This document shows, piece by piece, positions 26,990 to 36,379 of a stretch of DNA of 64,000 bases (position 1 is its first letter; each line of letters opens with the position of its first letter). The notes beneath the pieces are model-generated. The model made no database searches. It had not been told where the DNA came from and saw only the letters and a program-made list of their open reading frames with translations. The DNA lies in the sequence record PP496436.1; one strand, 5' to 3'. The position numbers and the translations under genes were made by a program.

Positions 26990-29074
26990 ATGAAATCCGT
27001 GAACCCCATCTTCAAACACGTTCCCCAGTTCGACTGGCCTGTCATTCCCCGTGCGCAGTGGGAAGAGATCATCAAGGGAAAAGAGCATGTGATGTTCGAC
27101 TCCTTCTCGCAGCTCGCTCAGGTGCTGGCTATCCCGGTGAGCAGTTACCAGTTCTACTTCGAAGATGGGTCCACGTTGTTCGCCGGTCCCGAAGCAACCT
27201 TCACCGCCGCCCCCTATCCGTTGTATCAGGATCTGGAATTCGTCCTGACCCCGGATGAGACGTTGGTGCCGGGTCTTGCACTGGATACCAAACCGTGGGG
27301 CCTGTACACCGACGAATGGGTGGACAACTACGAAGGTGCGGACAAGGAAGACATCGGCAACAAGACCGGGTTCGAATTCATTCCGCTGTCGGACGCTTTG
27401 AAACTGGTGGTCCTCAACACGGAGACCATGCAGCTCCAGTACACTGCAATCGAGAGCTTCACGTACGACGGCGTGACTTACGTATACCTGCTGGCCGATG
27501 GCGTGTGCTGGGTACTGGCGGGCAAGTCCGGTGGTCTGGTTGCCAGCGAGCATGACAAAGGCGCGGCGTTCATCATGGTGTCCCATCCCGAGTTCGCCGG
27601 GTGCAGCGTAGACAACATGTACCCAAGTGAGTTCGGTGAAGCGGAAGCGACGTTCTACGTTCAAGACGAGGAACACAATTACCTGGACGCGGCTAACCGC
27701 ATCTTCGAGGAAGCCAAGGACGTAGGCGCTGGCACGTTCCTGACCATTGAGACCGGTGATGGATTGCCGACCGCGCTGGCGTACAACCTGCGGTACAGTG
27801 ATGTGGCCCACGTTAATCTGCCGATGCACAACATCCACCAGTTCACTTCTCTTCACGTACGACTGGGTGAGACGCCTAACTTCTCCGAGGCCCCGGAAGC
27901 GTGCCGCATGAAAGAGGTGATGGAGTATCTGGCGGACCCTGAGTCCCCGGTAGATCATTACTGGTCGGCCATCATGGTACTGGAGAAGAACTTCCCCGGT
28001 TTCGCCGACGCCCTGAAAGACTCCAGTGTCCCGACCCGTGACATCGTGCACTCCAAACAGGCGTTCAGCTTGGAGATCGATCGCCAGTTCGGCAAGGAAG
28101 TGGCAAGCAAGATCGGGCTGAACACTGGCGTATTCGCTCAAGTGAAAGACCGTGATGAATGGCTGGTACGCAAACACGAGTTCCCTACCGATAAGGTGGC
28201 CGTCAAGTACAACACCAAACACTTCATCGGCATCTTCGACAAGGACGAGGTATCGAAGTCCATCAACATGTGGCTGGCTGGTCAACCCGGAGAGTCGCTG
28301 ATGATCGAAGAGTACTTCGGTGAGGGCAATCAGGAATTCAACCTGTGCTACGTGATCAACGAAGATTTCGTGCAGCCGACGCTGTTCCTGTGCGAAGTCA
28401 ACAAGATCCTCGGCAATGACACCGGCGGCAAAGGTGGCAACACGCTGGCCTGCCATGATGCTCGTATTAACAAGTACCCTGAGTTCTTCGAGCCGGTCAA
28501 TAATGCGCTTGCTAACCTGCATGAGCACGTGGAAGGTGTGAAGGGCTGGGTTGACCTGAGCTTCATGGTTCGCGACGGTATCCCATACTTCACAGAGTGG
28601 TGCATTCGCATCGGCTGCTCCAACAACGCCACCATCGTGCGCCAGATGGAGACCCCGCTCGACGTCCTGTTGACTAACGTGGTCAACAAGGTGCATACCG
28701 AGCTGTCTTGGAAACACTCCATGTCTGTCAGCGTGGACATCTACAGCATGCCGCTATCCGCAGGCAACGACGCCAACATGCAGTTCACCGACTCGCTGAC
28801 CACTCCGGTAGAGATGGTGTCCCCGCTCAATCTGGAACTGGCGGCGGAGAGTTTCTTCGACCCGATTGATTCGGCCTGGAACGCGGTGTACGACGGCTAC
28901 ATCGTCGAGGCGTATAATCGCTATGGCACCGTCTCGGGGTACTCCACCAACTGGAACTTCGCCTGCAATGCGGCGTATAATCACTTGAAAGATCAGTCGG
29001 TGTTGTACGGAGCGTACCGCGAAGCGCCTGCCCACCATGACCCACTGACTCTGTTCCCTTTCCTCAAGGCGTAA
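26990..29074 (+). CDS. PurD/GARS-like ATP-grasp ligase with extra N-terminal domain
   Basis: 'FSLEIDRQFGK', 'VAVKYN', 'LMIEEYF', 'NKILGNDTGGKGGNT', 'FTEWCIRIG' parallel PurD 'LEGSK.F', 'VIKADG', 'VIEEFL', 'HKR..DGDTGPNTGGMG', 'EFNCRFG'. Confidence 0.7.
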   Translation: MKSVNPIFKHVPQFDWPVIPRAQWEEIIKGKEHVMFDSFSQLAQVLAIPVSSYQFYFEDGSTLFAGPEATFTAAPYPLYQDLEFVLTPDETLVPGLALDTKPWGLYTDEWVDNYEGADKEDIGNKTGFEFIPLSDALKLVVLNTETMQLQYTAIESFTYDGVTYVYLLADGVCWVLAGKSGGLVASEHDKGAAFIMVSHPEFAGCSVDNMYPSEFGEAEATFYVQDEEHNYLDAANRIFEEAKDVGAGTFLTIETGDGLPTALAYNLRYSDVAHVNLPMHNIHQFTSLHVRLGETPNFSEAPEACRMKEVMEYLADPESPVDHYWSAIMVLEKNFPGFADALKDSSVPTRDIVHSKQAFSLEIDRQFGKEVASKIGLNTGVFAQVKDRDEWLVRKHEFPTDKVAVKYNTKHFIGIFDKDEVSKSINMWLAGQPGESLMIEEYFGEGNQEFNLCYVINEDFVQPTLFLCEVNKILGNDTGGKGGNTLACHDARINKYPEFFEPVNNALANLHEHVEGVKGWVDLSFMVRDGIPYFTEWCIRIGCSNNATIVRQMETPLDVLLTNVVNKVHTELSWKHSMSVSVDIYSMPLSAGNDANMQFTDSLTTPVEMVSPLNLELAAESFFDPIDSAWNAVYDGYIVEAYNRYGTVSGYSTNWNFACNAAYNHLKDQSVLYGAYREAPAHHDPLTLFPFLKA

Positions 29075-29077
29075 TCC

Positions 29078-30238
29078 ATGAGCACTCCATTCCAAGAGTT
29101 CACCCTAGAGGGGTGGATTCAACATATGAATCAGGATCAAATCTGGAAGCGGTACGCCAACGATCATCCTAACAGGGTTGAGTTCAGCCCTGTTTGGCGT
29201 GACGAGATGTATCGGTTGATGGTACAGTTCAAAGAGCTGCTGCCGATGTCGTTCTCCAATCCGGTGTACGGCTTCACCGAAGGCTATCTGGAAGGGTTCG
29301 GACTCCAGCCCTTCTACGGCGATGATCCTTTCAATCCGATGGTTCAGCCTCTTAGCCATCCTCTGGTTCACGTGGGCTTCCCACTCACACTGGACGAGAT
29401 CGTAGCGAGCGTGCGGGACTGGCAGTCCCTGAGCGATCACCTGGGGCGTCCGCAACTGGTCGATACATTCGAGCCGGTTTCACTGCTAGCGCGCAACCTG
29501 TACGAGCCTAACGCGCTGCTGGCCGTACGGAACAAGGAAGAGATCGTGATGAACGGGGGCACGCCCGCGAACTACTTCCTCTGGCTGAATAGCCCGGTCA
29601 CCGAACTCAAAGACGACTTCGACGTTTATCTGGCCAGCCTGACCAAGAAGCGCCGCTACAAAGTGAAGCAGGCGTTGGCGACGGTAGGCACCGAAGAGAA
29701 TCCCCGGATCAGCGTCAGCACCGGGTCTCGTTTCGGCGAAGGGCTGTTGTCCGATCAGGTGGACAGCATCCTTGCGACGTTCGAAGATCCAGTGGACATC
29801 GAGTGCATGCTTCTTCAGTTGCTATTCGGGGTTGCAACCTGCAATACCCATCCGCATCTTGTCGATCTGGTGTGTGCAGACCAGCAGTTGGGGATCTTCA
29901 TCAAGCGTAACGGCCACACGATGAACTTCCTCTACAACCGCGACCCGGACAACCGCGCTGATTCAGGCATAAACCTGCTTACCCAGTACGTGCGCCATCT
30001 GCACATGAACCGACCGGAAGGCGTTATGTACGTGGACCCGACATGCCGATATCGGCCTGACGAGGACAGTATGAACACCTACAAGCGGGTGATCACCAAC
30101 GAGAACCGGTATCACCCAATGCCGTTCGTCTCGGCTGACCCTGCGCACATCGAAGGTGTGCTTACCCCGGCGTTCATTGCAGGCCATTGGCAGATGTCGG
30201 CGTCCAACGGACCGGCCAACCCCGAGATGATGGAGTAA
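29078..30238 (+). CDS. Fem/Acetyltransf_6-like GNAT-fold protein 4
   Basis: 'DDFDVYLASLTKKRRYKVKQAL' is the typical sfeeYL..LskkrR..lR signature; C-terminal 'TYKRVI'. Confidence 0.65.
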   Translation: MSTPFQEFTLEGWIQHMNQDQIWKRYANDHPNRVEFSPVWRDEMYRLMVQFKELLPMSFSNPVYGFTEGYLEGFGLQPFYGDDPFNPMVQPLSHPLVHVGFPLTLDEIVASVRDWQSLSDHLGRPQLVDTFEPVSLLARNLYEPNALLAVRNKEEIVMNGGTPANYFLWLNSPVTELKDDFDVYLASLTKKRRYKVKQALATVGTEENPRISVSTGSRFGEGLLSDQVDSILATFEDPVDIECMLLQLLFGVATCNTHPHLVDLVCADQQLGIFIKRNGHTMNFLYNRDPDNRADSGINLLTQYVRHLHMNRPEGVMYVDPTCRYRPDEDSMNTYKRVITNENRYHPMPFVSADPAHIEGVLTPAFIAGHWQMSASNGPANPEMME

Positions 30239-30240
30239 CC

Positions 30241-31188
30241 ATGGCAAAGTCCAAAATGAGACGGTTGGCGATCAACCACATCTATGACTTCTACCCGTTG
30301 TATCAGGTGATGTACGGGCGTGGCATGGAGACCAAAGCGTTCGAGGTATCCAAGTTCGCCAAGATGGTTATGGACTTCGAAGCCTCGACCAGTACTCGCC
30401 GGAAGTGGGACGTGCTGGAGCCCTTCAGCGGTATCAGTGAACACGAACACTTCTTCGCTGCGACCGGCCTGAACATCGAGCACTACACCGGCATGGACAT
30501 TGTGGTTCCAGATGGGGCCACGAACGTCATTCAAGGGGACATCATCACCGACACCCTTCCGTTTCACGTCAACGCAGTGTTCGCCTTCTACTACAGCTTG
30601 CAGAATGTACGGGACGCGGCGACCGGCATGCACACGCGGGCCAAGCTGGTGGAGTTCTTCGACAACATCATTGGTCATCTGCAAGTAAATGCGAACAAGA
30701 GCCGTATGCCCGCAGTGTTCGCGTTCCACCTTGACCAGCCTGAAGATCCTAATTACTATCTGACGTCCCGTGCCGACGTTGGAGGTGAACAGTCATGGAC
30801 TGCACCCGCGTGTGGTCTGCTCGGGCAGTGGGTCAAGTGCAAGCCGACTGACACTCTGGAAGTCAAGTGCAATCTGGATACCTGGTACAACCGCGTGCAG
30901 TGCACAGCGTATGATCAGGCAGAGGACATTCAGATTCTGGTAAATGGGAAAGTAACCGCTGTCGTAGACATCGAGCAGCCGTTCACCCATCGGGTCTGGA
31001 CCGAGCATGAGGTCATCGATATCCTGCGGGGTCTGGACTACAATCTGCACTTCCACATGTACAACGGCACCCTCTCCAATTACGACTTCTTGATGACCCG
31101 GCTGGACGACAAGCCCGTTCCCGGCGATGAAGAGTCTAATACTAATCAGATGACAACTGATATGTTGGTTGTCGTTAATCCGAGGTAA
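30241..31188 (+). CDS. Class I SAM-dependent methyltransferase 1
   Basis: 'VLEPFSG' (motif I), 'YTGMDI', 'IQGDI', 'VNAVFAFYYSL'. Confidence 0.75.
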   Translation: MAKSKMRRLAINHIYDFYPLYQVMYGRGMETKAFEVSKFAKMVMDFEASTSTRRKWDVLEPFSGISEHEHFFAATGLNIEHYTGMDIVVPDGATNVIQGDIITDTLPFHVNAVFAFYYSLQNVRDAATGMHTRAKLVEFFDNIIGHLQVNANKSRMPAVFAFHLDQPEDPNYYLTSRADVGGEQSWTAPACGLLGQWVKCKPTDTLEVKCNLDTWYNRVQCTAYDQAEDIQILVNGKVTAVVDIEQPFTHRVWTEHEVIDILRGLDYNLHFHMYNGTLSNYDFLMTRLDDKPVPGDEESNTNQMTTDMLVVVNPR

Positions 31189-31190
31189 GC

Positions 31191-32108
31191 ATGGCTAAGC
31201 CCAAGGTTCCAACCAAGACGATCCCCACGTTGTACCAAGACTGGGGATTGTACAGCGCCATCTGCGAACTGCCGCAGGAGACGATGCTGATGATGTCGCG
31301 CTTCGTGGCAGACCGAACCATTGAGCACGCTGAGCGTATCGATCAGGTAATGGTCGAGATCATGGAACCCTTCAGCGGCCCAATCCCGTATTACGAGCCA
31401 GACATCCGCAGCTTCCTGACCCGCGCTAAGCTTGATCTGTACACGTACGATCACGTCGAATACCTGGATCACGGCAAACTGTCGGAAGACAACGGCATCA
31501 TCATCGGTGACATTACCACCATCGATCTGAAGCAGAAGTACGACGTCATCTACGGCAGTTACGGCAGCTTGGCCTGCCTGCTGCTGGATCAGACGCACAA
31601 CAAAGCGTACGAGAAGTCGCACGCGGCGCTGGTCAACATCCGCAACCACCTGAAACCCAACGGCATCTTCATCCTGAACGCCAACGGGTCCAGTGAGAGC
31701 CTACTGAACAACCTGCTGAACTCCGATGAGCCGGATCAGGAGATTCGCGTTCGTCCGGGATCGCAGCTTGGCAAGAAGTTCGGCATCAAGCCGGACAGCA
31801 ACGCGCTGCTTCGCTTCACCTATCACGTGGAGTACGACCGACGCACCACCTGCACCATGTGCCACTACAGCGATATGGTGCTGTCTGTAAATGGGGTTGA
31901 CATCCAGCGCTGGGAGGTGGAATCCCCGACGTATCTTGCTCCGCTGGACGAACCCGAACTAATTCGAATGGCAGGTATGGCGGGTTTCAATCTGGACAAC
32001 ACTGAGTTCTACGGATTGGACACCACCGGTTATCCTGCCTTCTTCAAAATGGATACGGTCTGCGACGGGTCATGGTCACCCGCCGAGTTCGTAGTCTTTC
32101 GCACCTAA
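31191..32108 (+). CDS. Class I SAM-dependent methyltransferase 2
   Basis: 'IMEPFSG', 'IIGDITTIDLKQKYDVIYGSYGSL', 'NHLKPNGIFIL'. Confidence 0.85.
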   Translation: MAKPKVPTKTIPTLYQDWGLYSAICELPQETMLMMSRFVADRTIEHAERIDQVMVEIMEPFSGPIPYYEPDIRSFLTRAKLDLYTYDHVEYLDHGKLSEDNGIIIGDITTIDLKQKYDVIYGSYGSLACLLLDQTHNKAYEKSHAALVNIRNHLKPNGIFILNANGSSESLLNNLLNSDEPDQEIRVRPGSQLGKKFGIKPDSNALLRFTYHVEYDRRTTCTMCHYSDMVLSVNGVDIQRWEVESPTYLAPLDEPELIRMAGMAGFNLDNTEFYGLDTTGYPAFFKMDTVCDGSWSPAEFVVFRT

Positions 32109-32118
32109 CGAGGTTCCT

Positions 32119-33354
32119 ATGAGCGTTATCATCCCCACCGTAGCGATGGAGAGTGGTCAGCCAGACATGATCATTCAAGGCTGTTCCACTGGTCGCGTCT
32201 CTATGGCCGAGCCTAACGAGAGCGCCAAACCCAAGTCTTCCAAGAAGCTGTACGAACGTGAAGACCTGATGGCGTACGACAGCGAGTCGGAGCACTGGCA
32301 GAAGCAGTTGGCCCGCCGCTACGCTCACCATGGTGAGATGGTCGGTGTGTTGAACAACGTCGAGGTGGTGCCGGAAGCCACCTACCAGAACTTCGACATG
32401 AAGATCACTCCGTACACCGCGCAGTTGATGGATCAGAACGACCCCAACTGCCCGATTCGTCTGCAGTACATGCCGACCAACAAAGAGCTGGAGTCGATTC
32501 AGCGTGAAGAGACCATGCACAACGAGCTGGGCGAGGAAGAGGACACCGTCCCCGGTACCTCGGTCGTGCACCGCTACCCGCGCCGCGTCTTGTTCCTGAC
32601 CACCACCCAGTGCGCTAGCTTCTGCCGTTACTGCACCCGTGCACGCATCGTCTCTCACGGCGGTGAAGCGGCTATCACCAAGAAGCACCTGGACGCCAGC
32701 ATCGACTACATCGCCTCGAACAAGGACATAGAAGACGTGTTGCTGTCCGGCGGTGACCCGTTCATCCTGCCAGACAACAAGCTCGACGAGATCCTCGGTC
32801 GTATCCGCGCCGAAGCACCTCACGTTCGCTTCCTGCGTATTGGTAGCCGACTGCCGGTACAGATGCCGACTCGTATCACTCCAGAGCTGTGCGAGATTCT
32901 GGAACGCCACAACGTCAACATGGTCAACATCCATGTGAACCACCCGAAAGAGGTCACCCCACTGCTGGCCTCCCGGATGAAGATGTTGCGCAAAGCTGGC
33001 GTGATGATCGGTAATCAGGCGGTCCTCCTGAAAGGCGTGAACGACTCCATCGAGGTGATGACCGAGCTGTGCTTGCGCATGGTCGAGATGGGTGTGCGTC
33101 CGTACTACGTCTACTCCAACGATCCGGTTGCGCAGGCCGCACACTTCACCGTCTCGCTCCGTGATATGCTGGACATCAACGAAGGCATGCGTGGCTTCCT
33201 GTCCGGCCCGGCAATGCCCACCTTCGTGGTGGACGGCGTGGGTGGCTTGGGCAAGATGCCCGTGCAGAAAGAGTATGTGACAGTACTGGGGAGTGGTAAG
33301 ATCTGGGCCACCAACTTCGAAGGAATGACCACTCGCATGCCCCATCTGGAGTAA
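32119..33354 (+). CDS. kamA: Lysine 2,3-aminomutase (KamA/EpmB family radical SAM-PLP enzyme)
   Basis: 'HRYPRRVL', 'CASFCRYCTR', 'LLSGGDP', 'NQAVLLKGVNDS', 'PYYVY..D', 'VVDGVGGLGKMP' (PLP lysine retained). Confidence 0.92.
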   Translation: MSVIIPTVAMESGQPDMIIQGCSTGRVSMAEPNESAKPKSSKKLYEREDLMAYDSESEHWQKQLARRYAHHGEMVGVLNNVEVVPEATYQNFDMKITPYTAQLMDQNDPNCPIRLQYMPTNKELESIQREETMHNELGEEEDTVPGTSVVHRYPRRVLFLTTTQCASFCRYCTRARIVSHGGEAAITKKHLDASIDYIASNKDIEDVLLSGGDPFILPDNKLDEILGRIRAEAPHVRFLRIGSRLPVQMPTRITPELCEILERHNVNMVNIHVNHPKEVTPLLASRMKMLRKAGVMIGNQAVLLKGVNDSIEVMTELCLRMVEMGVRPYYVYSNDPVAQAAHFTVSLRDMLDINEGMRGFLSGPAMPTFVVDGVGGLGKMPVQKEYVTVLGSGKIWATNFEGMTTRMPHLE

Positions 33355-33504
33355 GCGGCACAGACACTCCCTAGTTCCAGTGTACAAGCTTCAAACGCCC
33401 CATTTGCGCTAGGTCCTGTAAATGGGGTTGCTTATCAGCGTTGCAATGTGTTACGCTGGATTGGACCCATATTATTCCGATAACCGAACCACCGAGGTAT
33501 CACC

Positions 33505-33939
33505 ATGAGCTTCTCCGTAACCGTAGCTGCACAGACCATCGCTGCCCCCGAGTCGCTGGGTAGCCCGAAAGGCATCAGCGTCCTCGAAGCCAACGAAGGC
33601 TTTGCTGTCATTGAATTCCAACGTCCTCGCGCCTCGAAGCGTGACCAGATCGCCGTCCCCCGCGTCCAGATCCTTTCCCTGAGCCACGGCAGCGCCGACG
33701 GCGACAGCGGTTACCTGATCGCTCAAGGCATGGCCGGCGTGGCTGACGAATTCGAAGCCGCAAGCTTCACCATCGAAGGCAACGTTGCCACGTTCGTGAC
33801 CGCTGAAGGCGCCACCATCGAAACCGACGCACGTCTGACCCGCATCCTCGCTTACGGCGTGGAAGAAGGCGAAGGCAGCCTGCTGGGCGCGCCGAAGAAG
33901 AAAGCTGGCAAAGAAAAAGCAAGTACCAAGAAGAAGTAA
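33505..33939 (+). CDS. Hypothetical protein with basic C-terminal tail
   Basis: 144 aa, SD GAGGT, strongly biased codons, followed by a terminator. Confidence 0.75.
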   Translation: MSFSVTVAAQTIAAPESLGSPKGISVLEANEGFAVIEFQRPRASKRDQIAVPRVQILSLSHGSADGDSGYLIAQGMAGVADEFEAASFTIEGNVATFVTAEGATIETDARLTRILAYGVEEGEGSLLGAPKKKAGKEKASTKKK

Positions 33940-33967
33940 TCAACACGGCCCGCGCCGGTTGAACTAA

Positions 33968-34000
33968 GAAAAAGCCCCTTCCGTTTGGTTGGGGCTTTTT
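33968..34000 (+). terminator. Intrinsic terminator
   Basis: AAAAAGCCCC...GGGGCTTTTT. Confidence 0.8.
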
Positions 34001-34019
34001 CGTTATACCGAGGTGTCCC

Positions 34020-34340
34020 ATGGCTAAAGACAGATTCCTGATCTACTCCAACAAATGCTTAGGGTGTAAACACCTCGTTGATGGAGCCAAGAAGACCTAC
34101 ACTGCTTGTCACTACAGTGTAGGCAACGAACGCTGCCCCGCGCAGTACGTCCAGATTATTACGGGTGTGGATATCCATGCCTTGGCTACTGAGTTGGCAA
34201 ACGCCATCAGGGCCAACGATTCCAAGAAGTACGATCGGGTGAACGCCAAGATCGGTAAATTGGACACTGTGATTGCCAGCAGCGTGAAGCTGGCCGCAGA
34301 TAACCTAATAGCAGGGGCCGGTGATGGCGAAGGTAAATAG
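34020..34340 (+). CDS. Cys-containing hypothetical protein
   Basis: 106 aa, SD GAGGT, CxxC plus further Cys residues. Confidence 0.65.
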   Translation: MAKDRFLIYSNKCLGCKHLVDGAKKTYTACHYSVGNERCPAQYVQIITGVDIHALATELANAIRANDSKKYDRVNAKIGKLDTVIASSVKLAADNLIAGAGDGEGK

Positions 34341-36294
34341 TAAGCAGGAAGGTTACAGCGCCGACAGCGTTCGGGCACTGACCGGTTTGGAAGTAATCCG
34401 CAACAACATCTCGATGTACATCGGGTCTACCGACTCTGACGCACTGTTCACTCTGGCCCGCGAACCGTTGGACAACGCGGTGGACGAGGCTCTGGCTGGT
34501 CGTAACGACGAAGTGTTCTTCCGTGCACATGGCACGTGGAAAGGTTCATCGTTCACCCCGACCGTTATGTTGATCGCAGACAACGGTACCGGTATCCCGA
34601 TTGAGAAGCCAAAGGGTGAGACGCGTTCCGCACTGGAGATCGTGACCAGTCACGTGCACGGCGGCGGCAAGTTCAAAGACGCTGGCGCCTACGCTGCATC
34701 GATTGGTACGCACGGCGTGGGTATCAAGGCGACCAACGCCCTGTCCTCCTCGTTCTCAGCGTACACGTTCCGCAACAAGAAGTGGCACGTGATCCACTAC
34801 AAAGACTCCAAGCTGGTCAAGCCGCCAGCGGAAGCCAGTGCGTTAGAAATGAAGTCGCTGTGGGGTGAACTGGGTGAGACCCGGAAGCGCGGCACTGTCA
34901 TCCGCTTCTCCCCGGACTACAGCTTCCTCGATAAAGGTTCGGCACTGTCTATCGCAGACCTGACCCACTGGTTCGAACTGCGCGCCTACTTCAACTCAGG
35001 CATCAAGTTCCGCATGGAGTACGCCCAAGCCAAGAAGGAAGACTTCAAGGCGCTGGAGTTCTACCACGACGATGGTCTGAACGACTACATGAAGATGCGC
35101 TTGAAAGAACTCAAGTGCGAGTTGATGACCGACAGCCACTTCTCGATCCACACGCCGCATCTTGATGTGATCCTCGCCTTCAGTGATACCGACGGCTGCA
35201 AGGTGGACAGCTACACCAACACCATGTACAACTCTGTTGGCGGCAACCATCAGCGTTCCACGTTCACCATGATTTCCGAAGCGCTGGCCCCCTATGCAGG
35301 CAAGCTCGAATTCCACAAGGATGACATTCGGGAAGGTGTGGTCGGCCTGATCAACTTCAAGATCGATACGCCGAAGTTCGCCAGTCAGACCAAGGAACGC
35401 TTGGCTGACCCCCGCTTCGAGATCCTGTGCACTGAGGAACTGGAAGAGGCGCTCACCAAGTTCTTCAAGAAGAACAAGGATCTGGCAAAGCAACTCTGCG
35501 AGCGGGCAGCTCGACTGCGTGACCTCAAGGACAAGTTCAGCCTAACTAAGAAGGCGGCTACCGCCCTCAAGAAGTTGCGGTCAGGTGGATCTCTGCTGCC
35601 GGGCAAGCTGACTGAGGTTAAGGACTGCTCCGTAGAGGAGCGTGAGCTGTTCACAGTGGAAGGTGACTCGGCGGGCGGTACTGCCAAAGGCGCTCGTATG
35701 CAGGAACCATATCGCTATCAGGAAACACTGGCCCTCAAGGGTAAGATCCTGAACGTGATCAAGGAAGTGGAGAAGGGCAAGGGCGACGCTATCTGGGACT
35801 CCCACGAAGTGCAGTGCATCTTGACGTCCCTCGGCTACAAGCCCGAAGCCAAAGATCCGCTCAAGGAGCTGCGCGTAGGCAAGATGATCCTCATGGCCGA
35901 CGCCGACGATGACGGTGCTCATATCGCCATGCTGCAGATCGCGTTGATCGCCAAGTTCCTCCCAGGTATGTTCGACATGGGTATGGTGTATATAGCTGAT
36001 CTGCCCAAGCGCATGTGCACGGTTAAGGAGAAGGGCCGGAACAAGATGTACTTCGGCAACACGGTCGATGAGATCAAAGCCCAGATCCCACACGTCAAGG
36101 AACCGCCGATTGTTTATCTGAAAGGGCTGGGTGAGATGAACGCTGACGCATTGCGTTATACTGCCTTCGACCCGGAAACCCGCAAGCTGATCAAGATCAT
36201 GCCGCCGTCCGCAGCTGACCTACTGGACATCGACCGGCTTATGGGTGTGTCCACGGCGGAGCGTAAGCGCTTGCTGGGCATCGAGACCGAGTAA
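34321..36294 (+). CDS. gyrB: Type IIA topoisomerase, GyrB/ParE-like subunit
   Basis: GHKL 'DNAVDE', 'DNGTGIP', 'HGGGKF', 'GTHGVG'; TOPRIM 'EGDSAGG', 'DADDDG'. Confidence 0.95.
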   Translation: MMAKVNSKQEGYSADSVRALTGLEVIRNNISMYIGSTDSDALFTLAREPLDNAVDEALAGRNDEVFFRAHGTWKGSSFTPTVMLIADNGTGIPIEKPKGETRSALEIVTSHVHGGGKFKDAGAYAASIGTHGVGIKATNALSSSFSAYTFRNKKWHVIHYKDSKLVKPPAEASALEMKSLWGELGETRKRGTVIRFSPDYSFLDKGSALSIADLTHWFELRAYFNSGIKFRMEYAQAKKEDFKALEFYHDDGLNDYMKMRLKELKCELMTDSHFSIHTPHLDVILAFSDTDGCKVDSYTNTMYNSVGGNHQRSTFTMISEALAPYAGKLEFHKDDIREGVVGLINFKIDTPKFASQTKERLADPRFEILCTEELEEALTKFFKKNKDLAKQLCERAARLRDLKDKFSLTKKAATALKKLRSGGSLLPGKLTEVKDCSVEERELFTVEGDSAGGTAKGARMQEPYRYQETLALKGKILNVIKEVEKGKGDAIWDSHEVQCILTSLGYKPEAKDPLKELRVGKMILMADADDDGAHIAMLQIALIAKFLPGMFDMGMVYIADLPKRMCTVKEKGRNKMYFGNTVDEIKAQIPHVKEPPIVYLKGLGEMNADALRYTAFDPETRKLIKIMPPSAADLLDIDRLMGVSTAERKRLLGIETE

Positions 36295-36379
36295 TTCGCC
36301 CCATTGCATACCCCGATCCGTTGCGCCCCGCCTGGAGCGTTATACGCGGTCGGGTAAATGCTGGGTAGTGAGGTGATTC

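Noticed and set aside
30940-34340. GTAAATRG copies inside coding sequence (30940, 31887, 34333)
   Set aside because: Explained by codons (V-N-G, V-N-S) and not positioned before a start; not counted as promoter sites, but they show the motif has some background frequency.
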